From Priapulus caudatus (taxonomy: Eukaryota), in the NCBI RefSeq assembly GCF_000485595.1, contig NW_014577063.1:242019-306018 (forward strand): a stretch of DNA of 64,000 nucleotides, read 5' to 3'. Both the position numbers and the translations under genes were made by a program. Positions 40,701 through 54,699 of this stretch are shown here, piece by piece (the stretch's first letter is position 1; every line of letters starts with the position of its first letter). The notes under the pieces are model-generated. The model was not told the origin of the DNA and made no database searches. It saw only the letters and a program-made list of their open reading frames with translations.

Positions 40701-43700
40701 GTTTGCGTGGTCTTCGGGTGTGAGGTTTTGATCAGAGGACACCACTCAGGCTACTCCCGTGCGAGCTATTGGACAAACGCGTCTGGTTAATGCCCGACCA
40801 CGCGGCTCGCGTCCGTGTTTGCGCTCTAATTGAGCTCGGCGGACGCACCGACAGCCCTTTCATCTGTGTTTAAGATCGCATAATGATCCGCGTTGTAACA
40901 GAGCGGTGTTTCTACACCTCACGCATTGAGCGTGTGAAGCGCCAGCGCCGTGCTCGAACCTTTAATACGCGCTACATAGACCGACGGTAAATGTCTAGCA
41001 AAATTGTTCCTGCTCCATTCGCGATAGCCAATCCATACCGCGTCGCCTTGTCGTCTGACTCTAAATGCTCCTGCTGCGTGCGCTACAGGCGAATCGGTGA
41101 TGCCGAAAAACGGACATCAGTACGGAGTCAAGTCTACGCGTAACGGGCAGTTTGCGTTTAGCCCGCGGTCCAGCATGTGAGCACACAACACACAGGATTG
41201 CTCTCTGCGTCATTCGAAGGCTTACAGAACATCTAGCGTTCGCAGCCAGAAAGATGGCGGACGTTTTTTACAGTTCCCGCATTCCCGCCGTATTTACAGG
41301 CACCCTGAATAGAGCAGAGGCGCGACAACTGTAGTTTACGCTCCGCGCGCATGCTGCTCTCTCTCGTCGCTCTCCTCCTCTCTCTCTCTCCTCTCCTCTC
41401 CTCTCGCTCGCCTGGCACGCCTTCTTCACTAGTGTAGACGCATCGCGCTGGATTGCTGTCGTGAGTGGTCGCGGGTGTCAGGACCCGGGGCGTGTTACGT
41501 GGCTGTGACTACGTATGCATTTCCTCCGTTGCAACGTTGCATCTCAGAGAAGGACAGCATGACGTGTTAGTGTAAGTAGACAGCAGAAGCTCCTTTCTCT
41601 CATCCGCTGAGCTCCCGGTTATAGCCCTGCCTCATATCGGGTGTGATATACGGCCTTTATGAGAAGGAATCCCGGCAGCTTCTCCATTTCCACACTCCAG
41701 TGCGCCGCGCCATGTTTGTTGTTCGTCCGCGGGCGCATAATTACGGGCCAAGTGCTGGAGCCCAAGGGCCTCTCTGGTCGTGCCCATGACCAGCGAGGCG
41801 CGTTCGCAGTGACTTACACCGGAACTACCCTAGCCTGGTGGCTCGGTCGATTACCTGAGTGCGAGCCCTGCGTTTCAGCGCGCGCTATAGCGGTCTGTAT
41901 ATCTAGAAATAGTCTGCCGCCCGTTACTGCCCGCAGTGTTCCGTATAGTCCCCGATGTATGACCATATATACCTAGGCCATGTGGTACATATTGCTGATT
42001 TATCGTTATATGTCGTCAATCAGATAGCTATATTCACTATGATATACCTATACCTATAGATCAGTATAGGCTTAGTATATACTATATATATATCATGACA
42101 ATCTAATCCACGACAGAATAGAATGAAAATATAAATGACCAATTATAATGTACAAATCTACTAGCATCGACAACACGGTATCTCTGTGCATTAGTTAGCC
42201 TCCTCGATCTATATACTACCATATATATGCTGATGTGTTGCCGCCGCGCGCCCGGCGGCCACCCGCGGTGCGTGGCTTGCCGTGCCGGGTGCCGTTCCGC
42301 GCGTGCGTGCTGCGGTGGCGGCCGGCGCCGGTAGCGCGTGGCCGTGGCGTGTATGCGTGCCGTGCGCTCATTCTGCATTGCTGTTGAAGTGTATTTGTGT
42401 AATAGACCATAGGTATAGGGTTCGCGAGTTTACGCGTTTAAATGTCAGTTGGCGTGTGAGAGATTTCTTCTGGGTGGGTTTATTGACGTCATTATACGTT
42501 CCGCATGAGGTCATGGCAATCCGCGCTATACCGGCATCTCATTTAGCTACTCTCTTAATTGTTTCGAAATTCGATGTTTCGCAGTCGTGCCCCGAGTTCG
42601 ATCGTTTCCCCTCTTAATGACTTCAGTCTTATTCATCCATTGGCCCATAAAGAGCCTCACCGCGAGGTGAAGCGCGTAGCAGCTTCTGTTGCCACTTACC
42701 GAACGCGCGCGTGGGGTACCGCGACGGTAGCACGCAGCTGAGGCGCCTCCGCGCCCGCCGCTGGGCGGGGGGGCGCCGGGGCCGCCGCGCCGCGGTGACA
42801 TGGCTGCCCTCATGCCTCACCTCTACACGCACGGCGCGGAGAGGGGCCCCGCGTGGGCGCAGCCGGCCGGCCGGGGTTGACGCCGCGCTGGCGGTTACCA
42901 GCGTGATACGCATCAGGTAGTGGTTTGTTGTGCCGATGGGCAGTACTGTCTGACTGAGGTCTAGGAAAAAATTGTACGACGTTGTTGTACTGGTTTGGCT
43001 GGTTGCGGGTGGGTGTCCTAGAACACGTTGTCAGAATCATCATAAATAGTTATGACTACATAGGTACAGGACGTCATAAGTTTATACGCACAAAATATTG
43101 TAAGATAGTTGTGACGATAGTGCTAGTATCAATTTTCTGTAAACCCGTGGAATGTGCCGCAGAGCCGGCGTACTAAAGTGCGTTCTGCCACCATGTGCGT
43201 CTGTTTCAGGCCGTCGTTACATGTCCCAAGCCGCTCTTACTTCCTCGTAGCGCTACGGCGCCCACCGTATACTCATACGTATATCATATCAGGAGTACCA
43301 GGAATAAGCCGATAGTCATATAAGTCTTGCTAATATACCTACTATATATACCTTAGCCTGATATTATACTGATATATTGTCGATCTACATGTATATGATG
43401 GTTACTACTGGATCATATGTCTACTATGTATATGTATGAGGTTCGGTTACTACTATGTGTTAATATCCTTATCGGTATAGGTGTAGTAGTCACTATACTC
43501 GTACTACGAATATATATATTATATAGAGTATATATGGTATAATATATATGTATATATATGTGTATTATGTACATGATATGTTATATATGTTAATGTCGGC
43601 TCCAGTCAAGGATACTATGGGTATACTATGTATCTGATATGTATATATATTATATATATATATCTTATATAGTATATATATATTATATATATAATGTTAT

Positions 43701-44481
43701 ATATATATATCTAAACATGAGTATACAGAACAGTATATATTTGATATATGGACATGCTTTGAAGAACGAGGCCCTGGCAGGCCTCTACGGGGCACAGCTC
43801 GACTGAGCCTACCCACCGCGGGATTTAGCTTTGTTGGTTTGTTGTTGCCTTATAACATGTATAAAGAAAAATTGCTAAAAAAAGTCTTGTTTAAGAAATT
43901 GCCTATCACTTAAGTAGCAATGGAACGACTAGTTTCGACTTGTGGTAGTCATCTCGTCAGGGTTCTTCTACTTTTTATACAGCTGAAAAAAAAACTGTGT
44001 TCTTTCAGCGTTTCTTCTCCTCCTTATATACCCGTAGGTCGAGTACTAACAGAGCAGGGCGCCAATAGGGGGCGCCGAGAGCGGGCGACGCAGGTGTTCA
44101 GGGGCGCCTAAAAGGGGGCGCGCCGTGTACAGAAGAGGGGCGCCACGTTGTTAGGGGGCGCTCGAAAGGGGGCGCAGGGGCGCCAAAAGGCGGCGCACGC
44201 ATGCGTGAGGGGGCGCCAAAAGGGGAAAGAAGAGAAGCCCTATTGGATCCACAGATCTAAACACCATCCAACCATACGACTCAAACTACGGTCCGAAATC
44301 CGGGAAGGATAGAAGACATCACAATAACCCTGCCAACATGGAAATCAACGAAGAAGAAAAAAAGACATTCCTAGCCAGGACGACCTCCAGGCGTAGGAGC
44401 ATTTCGATTCACTTTGAAACACATTTAATATTTATATATGTGTGTGCATGTGTGTATGTGCTTGTGTGTGTGTGTGGTGTG

Positions 44482-44512
<31 letters not shown>

Positions 44513-44905
44513 TTGCGCGCGCGCGTGTGTGCGTTCTTGTGCGTGTCTTGTGGTGCGTGTGGGTGTGTGTGTGTGGGTACCGCCTGTGTGTGTGCTGTGT
44601 GTGTGTGGTGTGCGTGTATGTCGTGTGGTGTGTGGGCGTGTGTGAGTGTTGTGGTGTGTGCTTGCATGTGTGTGCTGTGTGTGTGTTGTGTGATTGCTGT
44701 AGAGCTGTGCTGTGTGTGAACTGTGACGTGTGTGTGTGTGTGTGCGTGCGTGCGTGTGTATGTCTGCGCGCTCACGTGCATGCGTGTGTGTATGTGTGGT
44801 GGGAGGGGCGCTACATAGACCCCACTAACGTATGTAGGTTAATGTAGGTAACCAGCTTCCTGCGCTCATGTGTCACTTATTACCGTTGCTTTGCAGATCA
44901 CAGCC

Positions 44906-45032
44906 ATGCGTGGAAGCAGCATACCATTCGCCGTCGTCCTACTGGTCCTCATAGCAGGAAGCTGCCGTGCTCAGGAAGAACCTGCAGCAGCAGCGCCACC
45001 GCCGCCAGAGGTCGTTGACGAACAAGTGACGG
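44906..45032 (+). CDS. MK/PTN-family gene, coding exon 1 (signal peptide + Pro/Ala/Glu spacer): MRGSSIPFAVVLLVLIAGSCRAQEEPAAAAPPPPEVVDEQVT
   Basis: Acceptor ttgctttgcag ends at 44896, followed by atcacagccATG (44906). Hydrophobic core ending C-R-A|Q fits a signal peptide. Donor G|gtgagt at 45033, phase 1. Confidence 0.85.
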
Positions 45033-46089
45033 GTGAGTCTAGAGCCCTCTATATAACATGGTCGTGCGTAGTTGTGAGCAAGGCCTATAGATAAACAGGG
45101 CTAGTGATACTGGTTGTGTGCGTGTGGGGTGGCTGTGTTTATTGCTGTTTTTCACTCTATGCTCACGTCGATTGTAATGCCTGCGTCTTATTTGGAGAGA
45201 GCTAGGGAATTGGCTGGGACTCATTTGTGTCAGAAACGTTCATATTTGAGCAAATATCGTTCCATATAAAAGGATAAACATAAGCTTTTTTTGGAATTTT
45301 TCACGTTTATATATCTCGTAATCTACCAAGGTACAGTATAAAATAATTGTGCTTTCAGCATTGCACTTCTTTTGTCACTGTACTGTTTTCAGTATAAGAA
45401 GAGGTGGCGTAGCATTATCGGAATAGGGGTGGCTTTCATAGCATAGCTGAAATAGAAATGTACAACAGGGACACAAGTGCAGAAAGCGTGATAGCCGTCA
45501 CGTGGCACGAATGTAGGAACCATGAAAATGCTGGCACCTCCAAAATTGTCGTCCACTATTGCCTGTTACTGCGTTGAACAATTATGAAATGGATGCACTG
45601 TGGGTTAAAGCTGGGGGATGTTTAGAACGTGCAATTACGTTAAGTACATATATCTTCCTCTGTGGATAAAAACTAATCCTCAATCTGTATAGTGGGTGCA
45701 AGTTGTTCATTAGTGTTAGAGCCGGTCCGCTTCTATAAGGCATTTTCTGCTTGCTATAAACCGTTCCAGTATTGTTTAGTTGCAGGATTAAAATTGGTTA
45801 GTAAAACCTAGTAATTTTGCTGCATAACCCGAAGAAAATCTGCCCAGAATGTTTTGACAGATTAGTTATAAGGCATGCAAGAATCAGTTTTACATTCTGC
45901 TATGATAATCCTGCAATGACATTTACTGTATATTCACTATCGATTAAACTGTTTTAGTAGTTTGTATGTTTTTGTTTTATCAATCTTTGCATATTATGAG
46001 AAAAAGGGAGAGAGGGAGAGAAACAGAGAGGGCGAGAGAGAGAGAGACTGAGAGGGCGCGCGAATGAGAGCGAAGGGGGAGAAAAGATC

Positions 46090-48683
46090 GTAGTGTGGCG
46101 TGGCGCGTGGTGTGACGTGGTGTGACGTAGCGTGGCGTGGCATGGTATTGTACGTGTTATGTAATACGGCTGTATTTTCTGCTATTTTGCGTATTTTACG
46201 GCTGTATTTTCTGTAGTCTGTTCGGATAAACGGTCGGGAACGGAGAATCGCCTGCGGGCGACGATGATGATGAAGAGTGGCGGTGGGCGGCAGACGACTG
46301 GAATGTTGCTCTTATGGAAGGTCAGCGTGTCGCACCATCTCTCGATTTCGCTCCCCGCCGATCAGCGAATCGAATAAAAAAAACCGACGAAGCTAGTTCT
46401 TTCCTGTGTAGCTATAACTATAGTCTCCCCGCCACTCCTTTCTAATGTGTACATGCACCATTAGATGAGCACATGACAGACCGGATAATGGGCCGTGAGA
46501 GATGAGAGTGGGAGTGCGTGGCGGGGGCAGGCCGACGTGCGGCCGTCGAATCGCCTCAAATGTACGCCGAAAACACGAAAACAACGTTTTACGAATTGAT
46601 AAATTGCTTGTGTTATTGAATTGATGAGCTTTCTCAGTGCAACCTTTGCAGGAACATTCGCATGTTTTGTCGACTTACTTCCGAGCGGTCAAGCATAACA
46701 AGTAAATCCGGTCGGTCAAGCTGTTTTCCCGTCATGCGTGCCGAAATCAAATCTGCTATTGAATTCAAACAGATAACCAAAAGTTACCAAACACTTTAAA
46801 TTATTAGGTATTATCATAACATAGTGGCAATATAACAACGTAAGATATTGTGTTAGCAAGAAATAACAAATGAAAAATTCTCATTGCAACTTGATGGTAT
46901 ACAAAGTAAGCGTTATAGGAACAGGGGGCCCAGGAACAAGAAGTCTGAAAGGGAGAGGTTCGATGAATGCGTAATAGCAGAGAGGGTGGGGGCACCCTCA
47001 TGAATAATACCCTCATACTGAAGAAATCAGACCGGAAGTCAATAAATAGGGACCCCAGTCCCCCTGAATCCCCCTCTGGATCCGCCTCTCCCGAAGAGCA
47101 TGTATTCAGTAACTGCTCTCGGTGTTCTGCAGATTGCATAATAAACCACCCTGTAATTATACGTACCTGCTTCCCTGAAGTCAATAATAAATACTAATAG
47201 GAGCGCAATTTACACAGTGGTAACCCCACGTGCCCCCAGAAACGCTCATAAGCAAGCGGTGACAAGTGTCCACTTTCTGTCTTTCATGTACCTGGGGAGT
47301 AGGCCTACCATCGTGCTGGTAGCTTAGAATAAGTAGTAGAATATAGAATAAGGGTGTATAGAAGTTAGAACGGTTAGGTAATCATAGCCCTAACCCCCTA
47401 ACAATATGTTGTATATATTTTGTCATTTTCGGGTTACCAAATTATACACCTTCGATCAGAATGTGATGCATCATCAAATGGAATTCGATGCGACATCAGT
47501 AGGAGTTTGGTGTGGTATCAATCAAAATTCGATGACATATTAATTATAATTCGATGACATATTAATTAGAATTCGATGACATGTTAATTAGAATTCGATG
47601 CCATATCACTAAAAATGCGATGCGGTATCAATTGAAATTCGATAACATCACCCACCCAGAGTTCGAAGCGGTATATAAAGATGACCCTGATAAGGTTCAG
47701 CAGCGCCTCAGCCTCGCCCGCCTGCTACCGGATGGGCGTGTAGATGTGTTGCTGTGATCGGGTGCAGATCAGGCCACGCAGATATGAATGCAAGATATCC
47801 AAGTGTATTTCCCGCATTCGTTCGTGTAGAATTACAGTTCTGGCACAGGGTACATAAGCTAGTTCACCTTCGGTAAGAGGCAATAGGTAATAGCGAAAAT
47901 GGCCAATATTAGACTATTATCTATTATTATTATTAGTAGTAGTAGTATTATTATTATTATCTATTATTTGTGGTATTAGGTAGGAGATAGAAGATGCAGA
48001 TAATAGTACTCCACGCGCTAATCCGAGTTTCCTCTGACCAATGCCCACACCGACGATTTTTGGTGGATTTGGTGTGAGGTTTGATCAGAGGAAACTCAGG
48101 CTATCCGCGTGCGAGCATGGACAAACGCGTCTGTTTAATGCCCGACCACGCGGCGTCGCGTCGTGTGTGCGTAATTGAGCTCGGCGAGTGAGAGCGCGTT
48201 TATGTGTGTTTAGACGATTAATGATCCGCGTGTAACAGAGCGTGGTTCTACCTCACGCATTGGCGTGTGAAGCGAGCGCGTGTACCTTTAATAGGTACAT
48301 AGACGACGGTAAATGTCTAGCAAAATTGTCTGCTTCCATTGCCGATACCATTAGTGCCTTGTCGTCTGACTCTAAATGTCCCTGTGGCTGCGCCTACACG
48401 AATCGTGATGCCGAAAACGACATCATACGGAGTCAGTCTACGCGTACGGGGCATTTTGTTTAGCGGTAAGATGTGAGACAGACAACAGTTGTTTCTGCGT
48501 CAATTTGAAGGTTACGAACATTAGCGTTGCAGCAGAAAGATGGGAGTTTTTTACAGTTCCTGGATTCCGCCTATTTACAGGCTGAATATAGCAGAGGGGA
48601 AACTGTAGTTTACGCTCGCGCGCGCTCTCTCTCTCTCTCTAACGTGTCGCTGCGCCAAGGAACGAAGAGGTGAGGGAGAGGGT

Positions 48684-48740
<57 letters not shown>

Positions 48741-49790
48741 AAATTCACGTTGAAAGAGGTTGAAGTAAGCGACCATGGGGATCAATTGCACTTACATGTC
48801 TCGGAAACACATATGCGGCAGACACCTGCAAACATTTATAAATGTCATAGGCTTTACAAATCAACAAATTGCAAGGTGTACAAACGACACTGTCACAGTT
48901 TAGTTGCCGGTTTGTAACGTGCATGCGCAAAATATCCTGTATTGAGCGCGTGTTCATTTCGCAGCGCTGGCTTGTAACAGTTTGGGTCTAGGATCTCGGA
49001 GGGCGTGGTCCTCTGTTGCTGTTTTATATTTAACACTAAAATTGCACTTCCGAATCCTAAGGTTTTTGGCTAAGAGTTTAAAAGCCTCCCCGTATATACC
49101 CGCGTGATTATCTGTGGACATATACAACGTGCTTATGCTCGTAATACAAGCACTTGCATAATGCATATCGCCGCTCATTTATCCGTGATAAATAATTTAG
49201 TTGTAAAGTAAGCGTTTTTATTGAACTACTACAATCTTTCCACCGCGCGATGAGAGAAGGGGGGATGACGCTGCATGACAAGCAGCCACTGATCAATTTA
49301 ATACTATATATCATGTGCCTGGGGAGCGAGCAGGTGCCCCGATGAATGACGAATCTATATTATAGCTTCTGAATTACGCCGCGAGATCGCCCGCGTCGTA
49401 ATCCGTTTGTTTTTGCCGATATATTCGGGTACGTGTACGTGTACGTGTACGTGCGCTGTGTGCGTCACACAGTATAGGTATCCCGCCGCGTGTATGGAGT
49501 GTAGTATGCGGATCGATGTATCAGCAGGGGTGAATTAATAATTTCAAATTTGTCAATATTCACCCCTGTTATCAGTCAGCCTATGTAGACTTGCAGAATA
49601 AGTAGTAACCATAAAAATAATATAGATAACCGACCTATATTATTTCGTCTATCTATATTATCAAGAGCTAATAAATGCCTATAATAATAGTATTTATTAG
49701 CTCTTGATATTATTTGTATGGTAGTAACCCACAAGTGTCGATCCTTCTACGCAAGGAGCTAAATATAACAGCTGTTACATTTAGCTCCTC
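46090..49790 (+). repeat. Intronic block duplicated upstream in pieces (37870-41350, about 33560-33640, about 23800-24900)
   Basis: Colinear near-identical matches; the junctions fall in (GA)n, (CT)n and (TA)n tracts. Confidence 0.88.
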
Positions 49791-50680
49791 GTGCGTACGT
49801 GCGTTAGTGCGTGCGTGCGTCAGTGCGTGCGTGCGTCAGTGGGTGCGTGCGTCAGTGCGTCAGTGCGTGCGCGCGTGTGTGTGACTGCATGCGTGCGTGC
49901 ATGTGCATGGTTGCTTCACTGAAACCTGGATAATTTTAGATAAATACTCATAATTACACATAATTACTCTCTAGAATTTTATACACACAAATAGGAGATA
50001 ATGGGCTGCTTGCAGTGAACAATTTGGAACTATTTGCTTTCGTGATATGCCGCCGCCAATGTGCCAGGTTTTCTGAAGAACGTTTGGTTGAATCGTTTAT
50101 AATATTTCCTTTTGCACCTTGCTATTTTCGGTGGCGTCCAACTCCATTTTGATATTGATAGCACCAAGGTTCATACTCAGCTCACTTCTCTCTCACATAT
50201 AGATGAGACTAGCTGAAATTCCTCATAAGTTGCGTATAACTCATCCAACCGTCAAAACGGGAAAACTCACCGATTTTAACATTTTTGTCACTACTCTTAT
50301 ATTTTTCGACTGTTAACACGTATGCACGTTTTTTGACTCAAACTTTGATGCCCAGCCTGAGATTCTAGTAGAGTGTAAATGGCAGAAGCCAAGCTTGGAA
50401 AGGCGTAATTTCATAACGTTCTCTCTAGGAGAGGTCCCCAGCATGCAAGAAATACATTTCCTCCAGCTTCTCGTGACGTCAGAAATTCACTTCCAATCAT
50501 ATTATTGTTCTATATTCGGTTGTGCAGCTACGTGCAATGTATGTAATATCTCGTGTCCCTCTTATTAATCTTTATTATAGTTTCGTACTAACAGATTTAT
50601 TCTCCGTCAACATGTTGGTCACAGGCACATGCACAGGCACACGCACACGCACACGGACACGCACACGCACACGCACACGC

Positions 50681-50716
<36 letters not shown>

Positions 50717-52422
50717 GAACATGCACACGCACACGCACACGCACGCACGCACACGCACACGCACGCGCGCACACACACACGCGTACACGCACACGCGCGC
50801 TCACACACGCGCACATGCACACACGCACGCGCGCGTAATCTTGCATTTTCTCCGTAGGAGTGGTTTCCAGCACTCAGGTCCACGTCGGAAATTCACTCCC
50901 ATTCATTTGTGCATACGTGCAGCACGTTCATCGCCTTCCTTTGTTTGTCCCTCTTATAAGTCTTTAGTGTGGTATATATATATATACGAAGAAAGATCGC
51001 ATATATATAAGGGGCAATTACGTATCTTCGTATTCGTGAACGTATAACTGTATAACACACGATCGTCAGTACCTTCTCCAGAGAAATCAAACGAGCGCGT
51101 TTGCGGCATTTATTTCATTATCAGGAGTGTATACTATGGAGATCTCTATAATATAATCCTGATATTATTAATTAAGAGCTATGATTTTATAGTTTGCGCT
51201 TGCATGTTACCCCGTGGAACTATTATGTAAGCGGCATCCAAGCTATATCTTTATTCTTCTTGTGATTCTATTCCAGTTACGCACGTGATTCCTGTGTTAG
51301 TCATTACAATCATTCTTTAATTATTGCTATTGTTCACACCGCAAACCGAGATGTAAGGAATTAAGGGGAAAACGCACAAAGGCTAACATTTTAATACAGT
51401 TGACGGCATAATGAAACGGTAATTCATTACCGTTCTGTGTGGTACTGACGTTACTGGCAAGTAGGCAATCATGAGCCAGAGAGCAATTAATTTCTCTAGA
51501 AAATTCGATCGGAACATACGACCGGCGTTTGGAAGGCGAATTGATATTTTAACGACGACGACATCGGTTAATGGAACTTGTGAAATGTTTATCTTGTTTT
51601 AGCGCGCGCCACAGATACTTTTTACATAGTGTCGGGTGTGGTAACAGTAACCTGCCAACGTGTCAATGACAGCACATGGCGGCAGTAACTTCATTGCAAA
51701 CATTGCAAAAAAGCGCTCGGCGACAATCAGTTAGCCAGCATCCCCAGCAGCTAATGTATCGACATTAGCATGTGTACACATTGCTAGTTTGACAAGCAAA
51801 GTACACCCAGATAGTCTCTTTGTTGCCAGTGATGCTCATTGTGGCATTTCCCTCACTGACAACGTGCCCGTGTGATGACATATGATGATATGTTGTTGAA
51901 ATAGGGTTTGGTCGGCACGTATATCTGACTGCCATACCTGCAACAAAGTTCTAGGTTTTCATCCAGATACGTTATTATTTGTTTCCGCCATAAAACGCAG
52001 ATGGTTGCGTAACTGCGGACATTCATTGCATTACTTGCTGCAATGCAGAAAGATAATTACCAGGTTGGTGAATCCTGTGAATCCTGTTTGGGGCGTCCGG
52101 AACGCATTTGTCGGGAATACATTCCGGAGAAAAGAGCACATTGCGCCATTATATATTAATATTTTACATGTGTCCTGCAATAGTAGGTCTATGTATGCTA
52201 AATATACCATGTATAGTACGATGTAATCAGATGTAATGTATGTAATGTATGTAATGGGCAATATGTCCGGTGATTGTATGTATTATTATTCACTCCTGAT
52301 TGTATGTATGCTAAGTATACCATGTATGCGATGTAATGTATGTAATGTATGTAATGTATGTAATGTATGTAATGTATGTAATGGGCAATATGTCCGGTGA
52401 TTGTATGTATTCATATTTTCAG

Positions 52423-52587
52423 AGCGGGACTGTAGCGCCTGGGAGCTGGCCGAGTGTGTGCCTAAAAACGGTATCTGTGGTAGGGGCAAGCAAATATCGA
52501 CACGAGAGGGTGCCGACTGTGCCTTCACTGAAAGACTACAGAAATGCATGGTGCCGTGTGAGGGCGAAAACGCTCATCTTGGCAAAC
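52423..52587 (+). CDS. MK/PTN-family exon 2, PTN/MK N-terminal-type domain: (E)RDCSAWELAECVPKNGICGRGKQISTREGADCAFTERLQKCMVPCEGENAHLGK
   Basis: Splice sites tattttcag| and C|gtaagc, 165 bp, phase 1-1. Six Cys with spacing 7-6-13-8-3 versus 7-6-8-8-3 in the midkine N-domain; CxxW, CGxG and CxVPC motifs are conserved. Confidence 0.9.
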
Positions 52588-52670
52588 GTAAGCAAACCCC
52601 TTCCTTCGTTATCTGTCGGTCCGACCCTCCGTCCGTCCGTCCGTCCGTCCGCCCGTCCGTCCGTCCGTCC

Positions 52671-52734
<64 letters not shown>

Positions 52735-53739
52735 GTCTGTCTGTCTGGCTGGCTGGCTGTCGGTCTGGTATGCAAACCATTTCTTCATCTATTTATATAT
52801 ACAATGTATAGTATGTTGTAAATACACTCTGGAATCATTTGCGTATCCACACTATTAAATGTTGACATGTTTGTCTCCATCCGTCAATAGTTTTGCGACA
52901 CATTACACATGATGGCAGCAGGCCTGCCTCGAATGCTGGCTGCCGTAGTAACTCATCACTCGCTTTTGAGGCAGACGAGAGAGCAGAATTTGTTGAAATA
53001 ATATATGCTGCTCCGCGATGTAAAGATGTAAATTTGGCTCTTCAAAAATTAATAATGTTGCGGAAAATGTAAAGGTTAAATTTCATCTGGGTAATTCTAT
53101 TGAAGTGTTAGGAGGAAAGGTCTATTGAAGAATATTATGAGTTATGAGAAAAAGAGGCATGAGGGAGAGGGAAATGAGTCAGTATGCGTTTTCTTTTTCA
53201 ATGTTCCTTCTTTCCCTCCTTTCCAATATGTATTATTGCTAATATTGATATTGTGCATTACTGTCCTGCGCATATCATTTTTTAATAACATTAGATTGAA
53301 TTTTGTATCTATATAATGATTATTAGTAAAACCAATAAGTAAGCTCCAAAATGCTTGCACAGTGTCAACTCATACCGATGTGTATGGTAGAGCGCTAGAG
53401 CCACACTAAATACACATTAATTATCGTTACTACGTTATCTGTCTAGTTGTTGCTTGATATATGTTGCACTCTGTAAAGTAAATCACGTACGAGTAGCTCT
53501 GTAAGCTTGTGACCACACAGGATATGTAACAACGAACTTCCGTGTTATGAGAACAGATATTCTTTTCTAGCTGGACAACATTTAGCCACTGATATGCGTA
53601 CATTGCTTCCATAGTGAAAATATGAAAAACGTAACCTTGTGTATTAGACCCCAGTACGCTGTAGTATACACGATAACCAACCATGCGACAGCTTGATTTT
53701 CATCGGCTGCTGCTGCGCTGGCGATATAGAAACCCGCCA

Positions 53740-54560
53740 GCGTCATTACCCGTGATTAGCGATTGCGTTTGATGTCGGTGACGGCGCCGGTGGCATCGTC
53801 GTTGACGGCAGCGGCTGAAGCGGCATGGTGGCTGGTAGTGGCGGGCAGTGGCTGGTAGTGGCGGGCGAGGCACTCGGTGGTGATTAGGCGCGGCAAATCG
53901 GTTGGGTGATGGCGGCGGCGGGTATCGTTTGGTGATGGCGGCGCATCGTTGTGATAGCGGGCGGCAGCATCGGGGGGATAGCGGCCGGCGCATCGTTGGT
54001 GGCATGGCGGCTAGCGTGCGATCGTTGGTGATGGCGGAGGCATCGTTGGTAATGGCGGCGGCATGCGTGTAAGGCGGTCGTATCGTGTGATGGCGGTGCC
54101 TGGCAAACGCGAATGGCGGTGCGCATCGTGCGTGATTGGCGGCGGCGCGCATCGTTGTGATGGCGACAGGCGGCAATCGTGTGAGCGAATGGCGTATCGT
54201 TTGTGGATGGCGGCGCGCGCATCCGTGGTGATGGCAGCCGGCGGATCGTATTATCCGGCCGCGCCGGCAAAAAAAATCCCCCGTTTGGTGATCGGCGGAG
54301 CGGCCGGCATCGCTTGGTGGATGGGGCGGCGGCATCGTTGGTGATGGCGGCGGCATCGTTGGTGATGGCGGCGGCATCGTTGATTGATCGGACCGGCGAC
54401 GGTATTGTGTCGAGGCGGCGCCATGTTGGGATGGCCGGCGTAGCATCGTTGGTATGGCGGCGGCATCGTTGGGATCGGCGCGGTAGCACGTTGTGATGGT
54501 GGGCGTAGCGATCGTTGTGGATGGCGGCGGAAGGCATGCGCGTTGGCGATGCATGCCGGC
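53740..54560. repeat. Degenerate 21-bp minisatellite (ggcggcggcatcgttggtgat)n
   Basis: Clean copies at 54325-54382; source of the 'PPPSPTM' pseudo-ORF. Confidence 0.9.
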
Positions 54561-54699
54561 GGCAACGGTCGCCCGGCAGAGACACCCGCGACTGTACGAG
54601 CGTCCGCCACCCACGCTTCTCGCGTGCCCCAGCCGCCTGAGTGCGCTTGTCGCTGCTGCCGTCCATCACCAGCCGAACCCGGTTACAACGGTGGCTGAC

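Noticed and set aside
50858..50930. Good-looking acceptor (ttgcattttctccgtag) as a possible extra exon
   Set aside because: No convincing phase-compatible donor and no family motif.
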